Source: a bacterium | GTDB taxonomy: Bacteria; Fidelibacterota; Fidelibacteria; Fidelibacterales; Fidelibacteraceae | Direction of reading: 5' to 3' | Length of the DNA: 64,000 nucleotides | Assembly (NCBI GenBank): GCA_963676395.1 | Contig: OY781066.1 | Location: 960,001-1,024,000, forward strand | Shown: positions 48,938-58,350 of the stretch, piece by piece | Numbering within the stretch: the stretch's first letter is position 1 | Layout of the letters: every line of letters starts with the position of its first letter | Notes under the pieces: model-generated | The model's input: only the letters and a program-made list of their open reading frames with translations | Told to the model about the DNA's origin: nothing | The model's database searches: none | Made by a program: the position numbers and the translations under genes

Positions 48938-49459
48938 ATGATTGTATATAATCAAGCTTATGATGTCTATTACACAATTTTTAGGATGATTCATTTACTT
49001 TATAGTATCAGAAAAAGTAATAGTATAGATTTGGATCGATTAAGAATTTACGATTTTTATTTATTATTTCCCAGTGCGAGTCATAACATGACTATAAAAC
49101 GTAATGAAGGTGATATTCGCCAGTTGAGAAAAGATTTGATTGACAAAAATAAAAATCCCTTCGAAATTCTTTATAACCAGAAAAAAATATTCGATAATAT
49201 AAAGAATTTTCAAATAACTTCATTAAGATGTCTATCTTCTTTTGGGCTAATAAATAATGATTTTGAAAAATCAAAGACGATTATTATTGAAGATAATTCT
49301 CTTTTGGAAGAAGCTATAGATAATATTGGGAAGCTGACTTCAAGGCAAAAAAACATGTTAATCTTTATTCAAGAAAGTTTCTCAAAATTCCCTATGACGG
49401 GCGTAGATGGAATTAAAAATCGTACCAAATTAATGGAAAGCAAGTATGATGCAGAATAA
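48938..49459 (+). CDS. ABC-three-component system middle component (MC5/LmuC-like)
   Basis: MIVYNQAYD.Y..IFR, RLRIYDFYLLFP, GIKNRTKLME.KYD; sits between CTD and ATPase genes. Confidence 0.75.
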   Translation: MIVYNQAYDVYYTIFRMIHLLYSIRKSNSIDLDRLRIYDFYLLFPSASHNMTIKRNEGDIRQLRKDLIDKNKNPFEILYNQKKIFDNIKNFQITSLRCLSSFGLINNDFEKSKTIIIEDNSLLEEAIDNIGKLTSRQKNMLIFIQESFSKFPMTGVDGIKNRTKLMESKYDAE

Positions 49460-51368
49460 CTTATTTGTAAATCGATTATTAATTTATACCGAAGAGGGTC
49501 GAATAGCTTACGATGAAGAATTCCATAAAGGTATAAACATTATTAGAGGACATAATAGTAGCGGAAAATCCACAATTACTCATTTTATATTTTTTGCATT
49601 AGGGGGTGCTTTCAATAATTTTGTTCCAGAAGCCAAAAAATGTTCTACTGTATATATTGAAATTGAAGTCAACAATGCGGTCATTTCCCTTAAGAGAAAT
49701 ATTGAGAAAGATATTTATGATAAAATTAATTCGAAATCATCTTTATACTTTTATTGGGGTTCCTTAGAAAAAGGATTAAGAAGTAGTAAGGATTGGTATA
49801 AATTTGGTTATAACTCAACCAAGAATACAAAGAGTTTTTCAAATGTGCTTTTTGAAAACATGGATTTACCTATAATATATGCTGATAATAATATAACTTT
49901 TTATCAAATTTTACGACTCTTGTATATTGATCAAGAATCTCCAACAAGTTCTTTATTTTATTATGATCAATTTGATAGTCAAATTACCAGAGAAACAGTA
50001 TCAGAAATATTATTAGGATTATATAGCAATGATCTTTACACAAAAAAAATGAGATTGAGAACAGCGAGAAAGGAACTTGAAAGTATAAATGATGAAATTA
50101 GAGTTACAAAACGATTTTTCAAGGACCCGAACTCACTTGACTCTGGGTTCTTAGAAAGTAAAATCAAGAGCCTAGAAGAACAAATATCCTCTATTGATAA
50201 TCAAATAACAAATATTCGTAATGGAAATAAAACCGTTGAATTTAAAAAAACCTCTAAGATGGAATTTGAAAATATTGAAGGCGAAATAATAAATACAAGA
50301 AAACATCTCACTGAAACAAAAAATAAAATTGCAACACTAAATAGTGAAATTGAGGATACAAGCTACTTTATCTATACTTTAAAAAGTAAAATTGAAGCGT
50401 TAAGAAATTCAATCAAAACAAGAAATTTTTTAGATAATATTGATATTGAATTTTGTCCAAAATGTTTATCAAAAATAGATTCTAAAGCAAATATTGGGCA
50501 ATGTAATTTATGTAAACAAGAAATTAGTATAGATAATACTGGAGAAGCTGAAGCAAGAAAGATTGAACAAGAAATTAGTTTTCAAATACTTGAATCAACT
50601 CAAATTCTTGAAAAGATTCAAAGAGAACGTATAGATTATAAATCTGTGTATAAAGGAATTCAAGCTAAGTTGTTTGTCCTTCAACAGAAACAAAACTCTA
50701 TTATCAAAGATGTAAAATCATATCAACAAGAAGTACTTGACAGTCTTTTTACTAAAAAAGGGTTTATTGAAGGAGAATCTTTACAGTATCGAACCATGCT
50801 TGAAAAAGCTACATTATATGACGAATTGCTTGACATTAAATACTCCTTAAAAAAAGAAATTGAGTTACTGGATAAACAAATTTTACAAATTGAATTTACT
50901 CAAAACAGGCTCAAAGTTAGAATAAATGATACGATCAAAAAAGAAGCTCTTTATTTACTAAATAATGATTTAAATCGGCAAGATGAGTTTCGCAATGCAA
51001 GTGAATTCTATATTAATTATTCAAATAATATCGCTTTTTTATCAAGTAAGTATGCAAAATACTCAGCAAGCTCTAATTTTTACCTGAAAATCACTGCGCG
51101 TTTTGCAATATTTTTAGCATCCCTATCTATTCCTGAAATGAGATTTCCTAGATTTATATTTGCTGATAATATGGAAGATAAAGGAATTGAAATAGGAAGA
51201 GCTCAAAATCTTCAAAAAGTTTTAATAAAACGTTTAAATGAGTTTGATTCCAAAAATTATCAATTGATATACACTACCTCGTATATTACAGATGAGCTTA
51301 ATGAGAGTCCTTATGTCGTAGGTGAATTTTATACTGAAACTAATCGGAGTCTTAAAAATATTTCATAA
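49446..51368 (+). CDS. SMC/Rad50-like ABC ATPase (ABC-3C / LmuB-like)
   Basis: Walker A GHNSSGKST, LYIDQ Q-loop, long coiled coils, central CPKC..CNLC, SASS signature, FIFADNMEDKG, QLIYTTS. Confidence 0.88.
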   Translation: MMQNNLFVNRLLIYTEEGRIAYDEEFHKGINIIRGHNSSGKSTITHFIFFALGGAFNNFVPEAKKCSTVYIEIEVNNAVISLKRNIEKDIYDKINSKSSLYFYWGSLEKGLRSSKDWYKFGYNSTKNTKSFSNVLFENMDLPIIYADNNITFYQILRLLYIDQESPTSSLFYYDQFDSQITRETVSEILLGLYSNDLYTKKMRLRTARKELESINDEIRVTKRFFKDPNSLDSGFLESKIKSLEEQISSIDNQITNIRNGNKTVEFKKTSKMEFENIEGEIINTRKHLTETKNKIATLNSEIEDTSYFIYTLKSKIEALRNSIKTRNFLDNIDIEFCPKCLSKIDSKANIGQCNLCKQEISIDNTGEAEARKIEQEISFQILESTQILEKIQRERIDYKSVYKGIQAKLFVLQQKQNSIIKDVKSYQQEVLDSLFTKKGFIEGESLQYRTMLEKATLYDELLDIKYSLKKEIELLDKQILQIEFTQNRLKVRINDTIKKEALYLLNNDLNRQDEFRNASEFYINYSNNIAFLSSKYAKYSASSNFYLKITARFAIFLASLSIPEMRFPRFIFADNMEDKGIEIGRAQNLQKVLIKRLNEFDSKNYQLIYTTSYITDELNESPYVVGEFYTETNRSLKNIS

Positions 51369-51619
51369 AATGATTTATTTTATTCTAAATTTGGCACATA
51401 CTGGTTGAGAACTAATTAATGGTGACAATCAAAATATTTTCCCTATATAACATTATACTCGAAAAAAAACATCACTTAGGTCAAAACTCCTAAATATTGT
51501 ATGTTATTTTTTCTAAAATACATAGAGACGATTCTATCAAGTGCCCGTAAAGCAGTAGTATATATAAACTTGTAACTGGTAACTAGAAATTAAATACCAT
51601 TCAAAGGTTATATATCTTT

Positions 51620-51684
51620 TCAATCCTTGATTCCCACCCCACCATTATTTATATTCATTTAGCCGAGAGGCTGTGTGGCACTTT
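51620..51684 (+). repeat. Promoter module B copy with 32-bp exact repeat
   Basis: TATATTCATTTAGCCGAGAGGCTGTGTGGCAC at 51650-51681 is identical to 45260-45291. Confidence 0.85.
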
Positions 51685-51758
51685 CTAGTAACTAGTGACC
51701 ATCCTTCGCTGAAGCTACGGCCGGCAGGCAAAGGACAATCATCTGTGCTTGCCGGGCG

Positions 51759-51778
51759 ACTCCGCCAGCTGGCGGAGT
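51759..51778. repeat. Perfect 20-bp palindrome ACTCCGCCAGCTGGCGGAGT
   Basis: Self-complementary; family members at 37729, 45478, 47516. Confidence 0.9.
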
Positions 51779-52048
51779 AGACTGGAAATCTATGGATAGA
51801 TATTGTATTTAACTTTCCCAAATGAAAACCCCAAATTACACTTGGTTTAAATTATAAAAATATGCAGCGAGAATCGTAAATAGAACCCAAAATTTCGATT
51901 TCATAATAGAAACTCCATCTGTTAAGCGAACGTCGACAAAACTCGATAATAATCAATGTTAATAAATATTAAGTATAATAGTATTTGTTGTCAAGCGACA
52001 ATTTTATATATTATTTAACAATAGTAAAATAATATTCGAGGACACAAG

Positions 52049-53053
52049 ATGAAAAAATCACTATGCTTATTGATCATACTCAGCTTATTTCTCTCTGCTT
52101 GCCTTTTTACACCGCCAGCAAGTGACGAAACCTTTGGCATTTATATGTTACAAAATAAAAACCTGGATATTTATGATGATCTTGAGGATGAAGTGCTCAG
52201 CAAACCTTTGGACTCCGCGGCGGTACTCACAGCGGCGGACATTGATTTTTATGATTGGTCCTCCCATTGCATCTACCTAAAAAACAACAAAGACCAACTC
52301 AAGGAACGCCTGTTGGATGACCGTGGCTTTTTAGTCAAGAACCCAGGGGCGGCCTTTGTTGTCAGTACCAATGGTGCTTCACAATACTATGGCTGTTTTC
52401 ACAGTCTGATCATGAACCTTGCGCCAACAACACCAACTATCGATGAAATGTCACTTACTTATTATCCAGAGGATGTTCTGTCTATTGGCAGATCCTGGAT
52501 CAGCGACGATCTTGATACCCGAAATAACGACGATGTAAAACAAGCCTTGATCAATGCCGGATTGTTCCATGCGGGGATCTCGGTGGAGATTGATACGGCT
52601 TTTGGACTGAATTTCTATCCGTTTGCCGGTGATTCCTCACAAATGGAGTATCGTTTTATTATTAGCAACCATGACGAGGATGCGCTCTATGTGCTGGATC
52701 CTGACAAAATTGGCACGGAACTTTTCTTTTACTTCAATGTGGCACCATCGATCTATAATTTGGATACCGACGCTTATCTGCATCCCAATCACAGTTACGA
52801 CCCGAGCATGACGCCCGATACCAGCAATTTTGATAATTTGAATTGGTACACCCTGCTGTCCTCCGGAGAATCGATAACCCGAACTGTCCGCACAGGCAAC
52901 TATACCAATGTCACTGCCGGTCGCTACGAACTTGCGCTAGATTATAGCACCCCGATTAACACCCTGAGACAAGCACGCCGAAATAAACCCCTTGGCAGAA
53001 TATGGATCGGGAATGTAAAATCTGACAAATACATATTGAGTGTTGAGTTGTAA
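52049..53053 (+). CDS. Hypothetical lipoprotein, paralog of 57229-58254
   Basis: LSAC lipobox; shared DI..YDWSSH, RNND, LY.LDP.KIG, RIW.G. Confidence 0.75.
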   Translation: MKKSLCLLIILSLFLSACLFTPPASDETFGIYMLQNKNLDIYDDLEDEVLSKPLDSAAVLTAADIDFYDWSSHCIYLKNNKDQLKERLLDDRGFLVKNPGAAFVVSTNGASQYYGCFHSLIMNLAPTTPTIDEMSLTYYPEDVLSIGRSWISDDLDTRNNDDVKQALINAGLFHAGISVEIDTAFGLNFYPFAGDSSQMEYRFIISNHDEDALYVLDPDKIGTELFFYFNVAPSIYNLDTDAYLHPNHSYDPSMTPDTSNFDNLNWYTLLSSGESITRTVRTGNYTNVTAGRYELALDYSTPINTLRQARRNKPLGRIWIGNVKSDKYILSVEL

Positions 53054-53423
53054 GAGGCGAGTAACTGAAAAAATACAAGAATCTGAAAGCCACGGTGAAA
53101 TAACTTATACCCATATGCATTTTCATGATATTCATATCATGTTTTATGCCCCGCTCAGAAACCATGCTCTCTGATTGCCCTCTCACACCTGTGGCTTATC
53201 AATATTACGATTTTTCGTACCGGGGTACAGATCTTTACAAGAATTGAACGTTAGTCTCTTGCATCCCTATTGATTTAATATCTTAATAATTTTGTCATTC
53301 GGCTAATGGGACCCGGTTCGTTATCAACTATTCATTGTAAATCTTTGCTATCACAACGTTTACTGTTTAAATTATTCTGCCGGTTTGGTAAACACAACTT
53401 AGTCACCTGACGGAGCCTGACAC

Positions 53424-54281
53424 ATGGATTTTCTTACATACGCGATCATTATATTTTTGGTCTTGGAAACCGCTAACGTTCTTATGTTATATTTTACACC
53501 GGGAACTCAGCGGGGTAATGGTCTTGGCGTATTTAAAGCCTATGAAGAATCAAAATCTGACCCCGACGTCCATGCTCTGGTAAAATATTTGATCAACTGG
53601 GTTGCCAATACAAAGTTAATCTTTATTGCCATCATGATCGTCATTATCGTGGTTGGAAATGATCACACAAAACTCTATGCCGTTGGTGCTCTTTGTATTT
53701 CTATTTCAGCCTACTATTTTTCTTTGTACCCCAATATCAAACGACTTGATGAAGCGGGCAAGATAACACCCCGTGGTTATTCAAGAACACTGTCTTACAT
53801 GATCACAGCCTTTCTTGCTATCTTTTGTCTTGCCATTATTTGGGTAGCTTTACCCAAGCTAAATAATAAACCGCTTACTATCAATGGTAGTTGGCGACTT
53901 ATCCATAGCGTTGAAATAACTGAGCAAGATACAAGTGTAACCATCTATGAAGAAGGTCGCGAATTGTATAAAATCATCAATACGGCACATTTTTCATTTC
54001 TTGAACATGATCCCAGTCTCCGACTGAACGGCATCCCCTACTTTATTGTTGGTGGTGGCCGATATACGTGCAAAGGTCAAACCTATACCGAATGTATCGA
54101 TTATTGCAGTGACCCCACGCTTCAAAATACCACGACCGTTTATGATATTGAAATAGTCGAAGATACCCTCAAATTGAAAAATATCGAAATTATGGAGAAA
54201 AACGGGGTTGACCGCTTGACGATCAAAACCTACTTAAAGATCCCGGAAGAAGCTTGTAAAGACATAAACTTAGCCAAATGA
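53424..54281 (+). CDS. Membrane protein fused to a lipocalin-like C-terminal domain
   Basis: Four TM helices, then INGSWRLI and GGGRY......YTE. Confidence 0.55.
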   Translation: MDFLTYAIIIFLVLETANVLMLYFTPGTQRGNGLGVFKAYEESKSDPDVHALVKYLINWVANTKLIFIAIMIVIIVVGNDHTKLYAVGALCISISAYYFSLYPNIKRLDEAGKITPRGYSRTLSYMITAFLAIFCLAIIWVALPKLNNKPLTINGSWRLIHSVEITEQDTSVTIYEEGRELYKIINTAHFSFLEHDPSLRLNGIPYFIVGGGRYTCKGQTYTECIDYCSDPTLQNTTTVYDIEIVEDTLKLKNIEIMEKNGVDRLTIKTYLKIPEEACKDINLAK

Positions 54282-54416
54282 TCACATCTTGCAAAAACAC
54301 ATTACGACTTTATTATATTTTATAAACCATTTTGTATATCTGAATATTTTTCCGAAACATTCCTCATATAAAAAACCTATATAAAGTGTAACATTAAATC
54401 ATCTCGGAGTAAAAAT

Positions 54417-55148
54417 ATGAAAAAAAATCTCTCGTCATTATTAATTGGTGTCTCCATCGTTCTGGCGGCCCTCATTTTAGCCAGTGCATTTTTAAACCGT
54501 AATGCCGCAAGCGAAACCATTTCGGTTACCGGCTTAAGCAAAGTTGATTTTACTTCGGACCTCATCGTGTGGGAAGCTTCTTTTAATAAAAACAATTATG
54601 ATCTTAAAAAAGCCTATACAGAGCTAGATAAAGATAAAGAAATCGTACTGGATTATCTTAAAAGCAAAGGTATCAGCGAAGATGAAATCGTTTTTTCTGC
54701 CGTAAACACACGGCGTAACACTCGCTCTAATTATTCAGACGATGGTAAATATATTGGCGATAAATTTACCGGGTATACACTGACCCAAAAAGTAGAGATC
54801 CAATCCAAAAAAGTCGAAGATGTTGAAAAGATCTCACGCGAGATCACCGAACTTCTCTTTAAAGGTGTTCAACTCTACTCCTACTCACCTCGTTATTATT
54901 ATACAAAATTATCCGACCTAAAAGTTGAGATGATCTCAAAAGCTACCCAAAATGCCAGACTACGTGCCGAAATGATCTCCGACAATTCTAATGCTAAACT
55001 TGGTAAACTATCTTCGGCAAAAATGGGCGTTTTCCAAATTACCGGTCAAAACTCAAACGAAAACTACTCATGGGGCGGCACATTTAATACCTCTTCCAGA
55101 GAAAAAACCGCTTCTATTACCGTAAAGTTGACTTACAGATCAAAATAA
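54417..55148 (+). CDS. SIMPL (DUF541) domain protein
   Basis: ISVTG, PRYYYTKL..LK..MI..AT.NA..RA, LGKL..A.MGVFQI. Confidence 0.85.
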   Translation: MKKNLSSLLIGVSIVLAALILASAFLNRNAASETISVTGLSKVDFTSDLIVWEASFNKNNYDLKKAYTELDKDKEIVLDYLKSKGISEDEIVFSAVNTRRNTRSNYSDDGKYIGDKFTGYTLTQKVEIQSKKVEDVEKISREITELLFKGVQLYSYSPRYYYTKLSDLKVEMISKATQNARLRAEMISDNSNAKLGKLSSAKMGVFQITGQNSNENYSWGGTFNTSSREKTASITVKLTYRSK

Positions 55149-55186
55149 TAAACTGACCTTATTAATTTAAATCAGTAAAAACAATG

Positions 55187-55210
55187 AAGGCGCAGAAATT
55201 GCGCCTTTTG
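55187..55210 (+). terminator. Intrinsic terminator
   Basis: AAGGCGCA-gaaat-TGCGCCTT-TTG. Confidence 0.65.
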
Positions 55211-55295
55211 ATTTTTAGGATAAATAAAAAATCATTTCCTTTATATAAATATTTGCCTTAATATATATCGTTAACAACTAATCAAGAGGCAGGTT

Positions 55296-56111
55296 ATGGA
55301 TAAAATGCGAAATAAAATTGATATTCATTTCCCGACACTCATTGCGATTTCCGTAATTGCATATATTTTGGCAGTCATTTCTTACCAATTTTTGGGACAG
55401 GCTATCGCCGTATTGTTGGTTAAAGGAAGGCTTTTAGAAGTATCTTCAACTTTCGTTCAATATGAGTTGGCGGCTAGAAACACGTTTCAAAGCAAATACA
55501 TTGCTTCCGCTGGATTTGCTGTTACCTTTTTTATTTCCGGAATTGCAGTTGTACTTCTTCAAATGCGAGCAAAACGCGATAATATAAAATACTTCCACTG
55601 GGTATTTATGACGGTAAACCTTTTAATGGCCATCAGTTGTTTTTTATTCTCTGGTCTTACCGGTTTAGGAGATTGGCATATCTTAATTGAAAGCAGCGAT
55701 ATGTATATCCTCTGGCGCTTAATGTATATTTTTGGAGGATTCTCCCTCTATATCATTGCTGTTGTCATGCCAATGAACCGACTTAATACCTATATAGGCC
55801 GTGATTCGCTAAGATCTTTGCGTGGCTTTTATTTAACCTTCGTCCCATTTATTACCGGTAGTTTAGCTGTAAGTTTACCCGGCTTTTTAAACAGCAAATC
55901 AATGAATTTGGCTTTTACCATGGGTGCATTCATCATTTTTGGCACCTCTGCCATGGCGTGGATGAGTCAATTATTTAAAACAAACATATATCCCCCTGAA
56001 CGCGGAGGTGATATTTTAGTGATCACCCCCTCAAAGAAATGGATTATTGCTGCGATCATTCTTTTCATTCTATATACCATCTTCTTCGGTTTCGGGATGA
56101 AATTCTCATAA
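55296..56111 (+). CDS. Multi-pass membrane protein
   Basis: About 7 hydrophobic segments; GDW motif. Confidence 0.65.
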   Translation: MDKMRNKIDIHFPTLIAISVIAYILAVISYQFLGQAIAVLLVKGRLLEVSSTFVQYELAARNTFQSKYIASAGFAVTFFISGIAVVLLQMRAKRDNIKYFHWVFMTVNLLMAISCFLFSGLTGLGDWHILIESSDMYILWRLMYIFGGFSLYIIAVVMPMNRLNTYIGRDSLRSLRGFYLTFVPFITGSLAVSLPGFLNSKSMNLAFTMGAFIIFGTSAMAWMSQLFKTNIYPPERGGDILVITPSKKWIIAAIILFILYTIFFGFGMKFS

Positions 56112-56121
56112 GCCATATAAC

Positions 56122-57132
56122 ATGAACATATTAATTATCGGTGGAACCGGTTTAATTGGCTCTGCTTCAGCACAAGAACTAATTAAACGCGGGCATCAAG
56201 TCAGTACGCTTGCCTTGCCTCCTCTTCCCAAGAATGCCAAATTTCCCGCAGAATTAAAAATCCGCTTTGGGGATATGTTTAAGCTTAGCGATAAGGAACT
56301 TATCAAAAAAATGCACGGGTTCGATGCGCTTGTATTTGCTGCCGGTGTTGATGAACGTGTTCATTTCCCAAAACCTTCCTATGATCATTTCAAAAAATTC
56401 AATGTTGATATTCTCGTTCGTTTACTCACATTGGCTAAAGCTTGTGACATTCGCAAAGCGCTGATATGTGGGTCATATTTTTCTTATTTTGATAAAAAAT
56501 GGCCGCATTTAAAATTAGAGCAACATCACCCCTATATCCGATCCAGACGAGAGCAAGAAAGGCGGGCAATGGCCTTTAACGATGCATCGTTTTCAGTTTC
56601 GGTCCTGGAATTACCTTATATCTTTGGCATACAAGCCGGAAGAGAGCCGGTTTGGACCATTCTTGCCAAACAAATATCCGGCATGAAATTTTTTACTTTT
56701 TATCCCCGGGGAGGTACCGCTATGCTAACGCTCAAACAAACAGCGCAGGCCGTAGCGGGGGCAATTGAAAACGATCGAGGTGGAAAAACATATCCTGTAG
56801 GTTGGTTTAATATGAACTGGAAAGAGATGTTGAGCATTTTTCATAAAGCAATGGGGAAAGCAAACAGAAAGGTTATTACCGTGCCCGATATCTTTGTACG
56901 CATGAAATTTAAACAAATACAAAAATCACTTGAAAAACAAAGCATTGAGCCGGGTTTACACCTACCCGAATTTACAAAATTAATGTGCCGTGAACTTTTT
57001 ATCGATAAAGCTACCATTCAACATGAGCTTGGTGTGCAAGATGACGATATATATGCTGCGATCGCAGATTCAGCTATGCTTTCATTAAAAGCTATAAAGA
57101 AAGATCTGCATTTATTGACCATGCAACACTAA
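56122..57132 (+). CDS. NAD-dependent epimerase/dehydratase family protein
   Basis: IIGGTGLIG Rossmann motif, VFAAG, Y..SR..QE, LPYIFG. Confidence 0.85.
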   Translation: MNILIIGGTGLIGSASAQELIKRGHQVSTLALPPLPKNAKFPAELKIRFGDMFKLSDKELIKKMHGFDALVFAAGVDERVHFPKPSYDHFKKFNVDILVRLLTLAKACDIRKALICGSYFSYFDKKWPHLKLEQHHPYIRSRREQERRAMAFNDASFSVSVLELPYIFGIQAGREPVWTILAKQISGMKFFTFYPRGGTAMLTLKQTAQAVAGAIENDRGGKTYPVGWFNMNWKEMLSIFHKAMGKANRKVITVPDIFVRMKFKQIQKSLEKQSIEPGLHLPEFTKLMCRELFIDKATIQHELGVQDDDIYAAIADSAMLSLKAIKKDLHLLTMQH

Positions 57133-57228
57133 AAAACACTTTAAATATTTATTGAATTAATTCTTTTTATGGAAGAACTTTGGCTATGAAAGATAAATGT
57201 AAAAACATATGTTTAAATCGGAGCACGA

Positions 57229-58254
57229 ATGAAGATATTTAAATTCCCTTTCTATATTATAATTCTATTGCTGTTTACCTCTTGTATAAAACCCCCTATC
57301 CCCCAACCGGTGGAAAACACGATTGCCTATTACTTTTTACAAAATCCCGAACAACATACAAATCATTTGGATAGCTTGCTGCTTTGTGAGGACCCATGGT
57401 TAACTCATGATGATATTGAGCTTTACGACTGGTCCTCGCATACCATTCATTTGAATAAAAACAAATACGAACTGCTAGACGAATACTTTTCCGGGGATAC
57501 GTTGATCTATCCTCTTAAAGAGCAAGCATTTGTGATATGCGTCAATGATTCTGCTGTTCAAAAAGGTAGCATTACACCTTTTTTTCGTGCGGGATCCCCC
57601 GATCATCCCTGTATCACCGAGATAGAATTAAGGCTCTTCCCTAAAGATCAGTTATCATATTTTTATCCTTTGAATTATGAAAACGATAAACGAAACAATG
57701 ATAAATTGAAAAAAGCATTGGAAAACCTGGAGCTTTTACATCAGGGACTTGAGGTGGAGTTGGATAAAGTTTATGGCATACATTTTAAAGATGTCAATGG
57801 CACAAAAAGTATATCTTATCAGATCAAAGTCAAAAACAACGACGAAAATGATCTGTATATCTTAGATCCGGAGAAAATCGGTTCAGATCTTTTTAGACAC
57901 TATAACAATACGATTCACTTTGAAGCATTGGATGGGCAAAGCGATGCCACCTGCTCTGATTATCCTGCAGTAGATAATCCACCGGATAGCAGTCAACATG
58001 CAAACCTTAACATGTATCAATGCCTGGCTTCCGGAGATTCCTGCTCGTTAAAGATCAATGTTGATCATTACTCAAACTTTCAAAATGGTCGATATGCCTT
58101 TTATCTTTGGTATTGCTCACCATTAGAGGCAATGGATCATAGCAAGATCATTTTAGAGGATGCCCGAATTTGGACCGGATGGATGTGGCTGCCATATTAT
58201 GAAATGACGTATACGGGTGATAGCATTGCGCAGGTTATTGAAATGGAGCTTTGA
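57229..58254 (+). CDS. Hypothetical lipoprotein, paralog of 52049-53053
   Basis: FTSC lipobox; shared motif blocks. Confidence 0.75.
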   Translation: MKIFKFPFYIIILLLFTSCIKPPIPQPVENTIAYYFLQNPEQHTNHLDSLLLCEDPWLTHDDIELYDWSSHTIHLNKNKYELLDEYFSGDTLIYPLKEQAFVICVNDSAVQKGSITPFFRAGSPDHPCITEIELRLFPKDQLSYFYPLNYENDKRNNDKLKKALENLELLHQGLEVELDKVYGIHFKDVNGTKSISYQIKVKNNDENDLYILDPEKIGSDLFRHYNNTIHFEALDGQSDATCSDYPAVDNPPDSSQHANLNMYQCLASGDSCSLKINVDHYSNFQNGRYAFYLWYCSPLEAMDHSKIILEDARIWTGWMWLPYYEMTYTGDSIAQVIEMEL

Positions 58255-58350
58255 GATATAACACCCACAACATCAATGGAACCCGTCAATAATTATAAAT
58301 TATGTATCATAAATGAATAGCCTTAGATTTTTTCTTCCCCGATATATAGG

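Noticed and set aside
37400..52000. CRISPR array, prompted by the dispersed repeats and the Cas2-like gene
   Set aside because: No run of identical 25-40 bp repeats with regular unique spacers, and no cas1 or effector genes.
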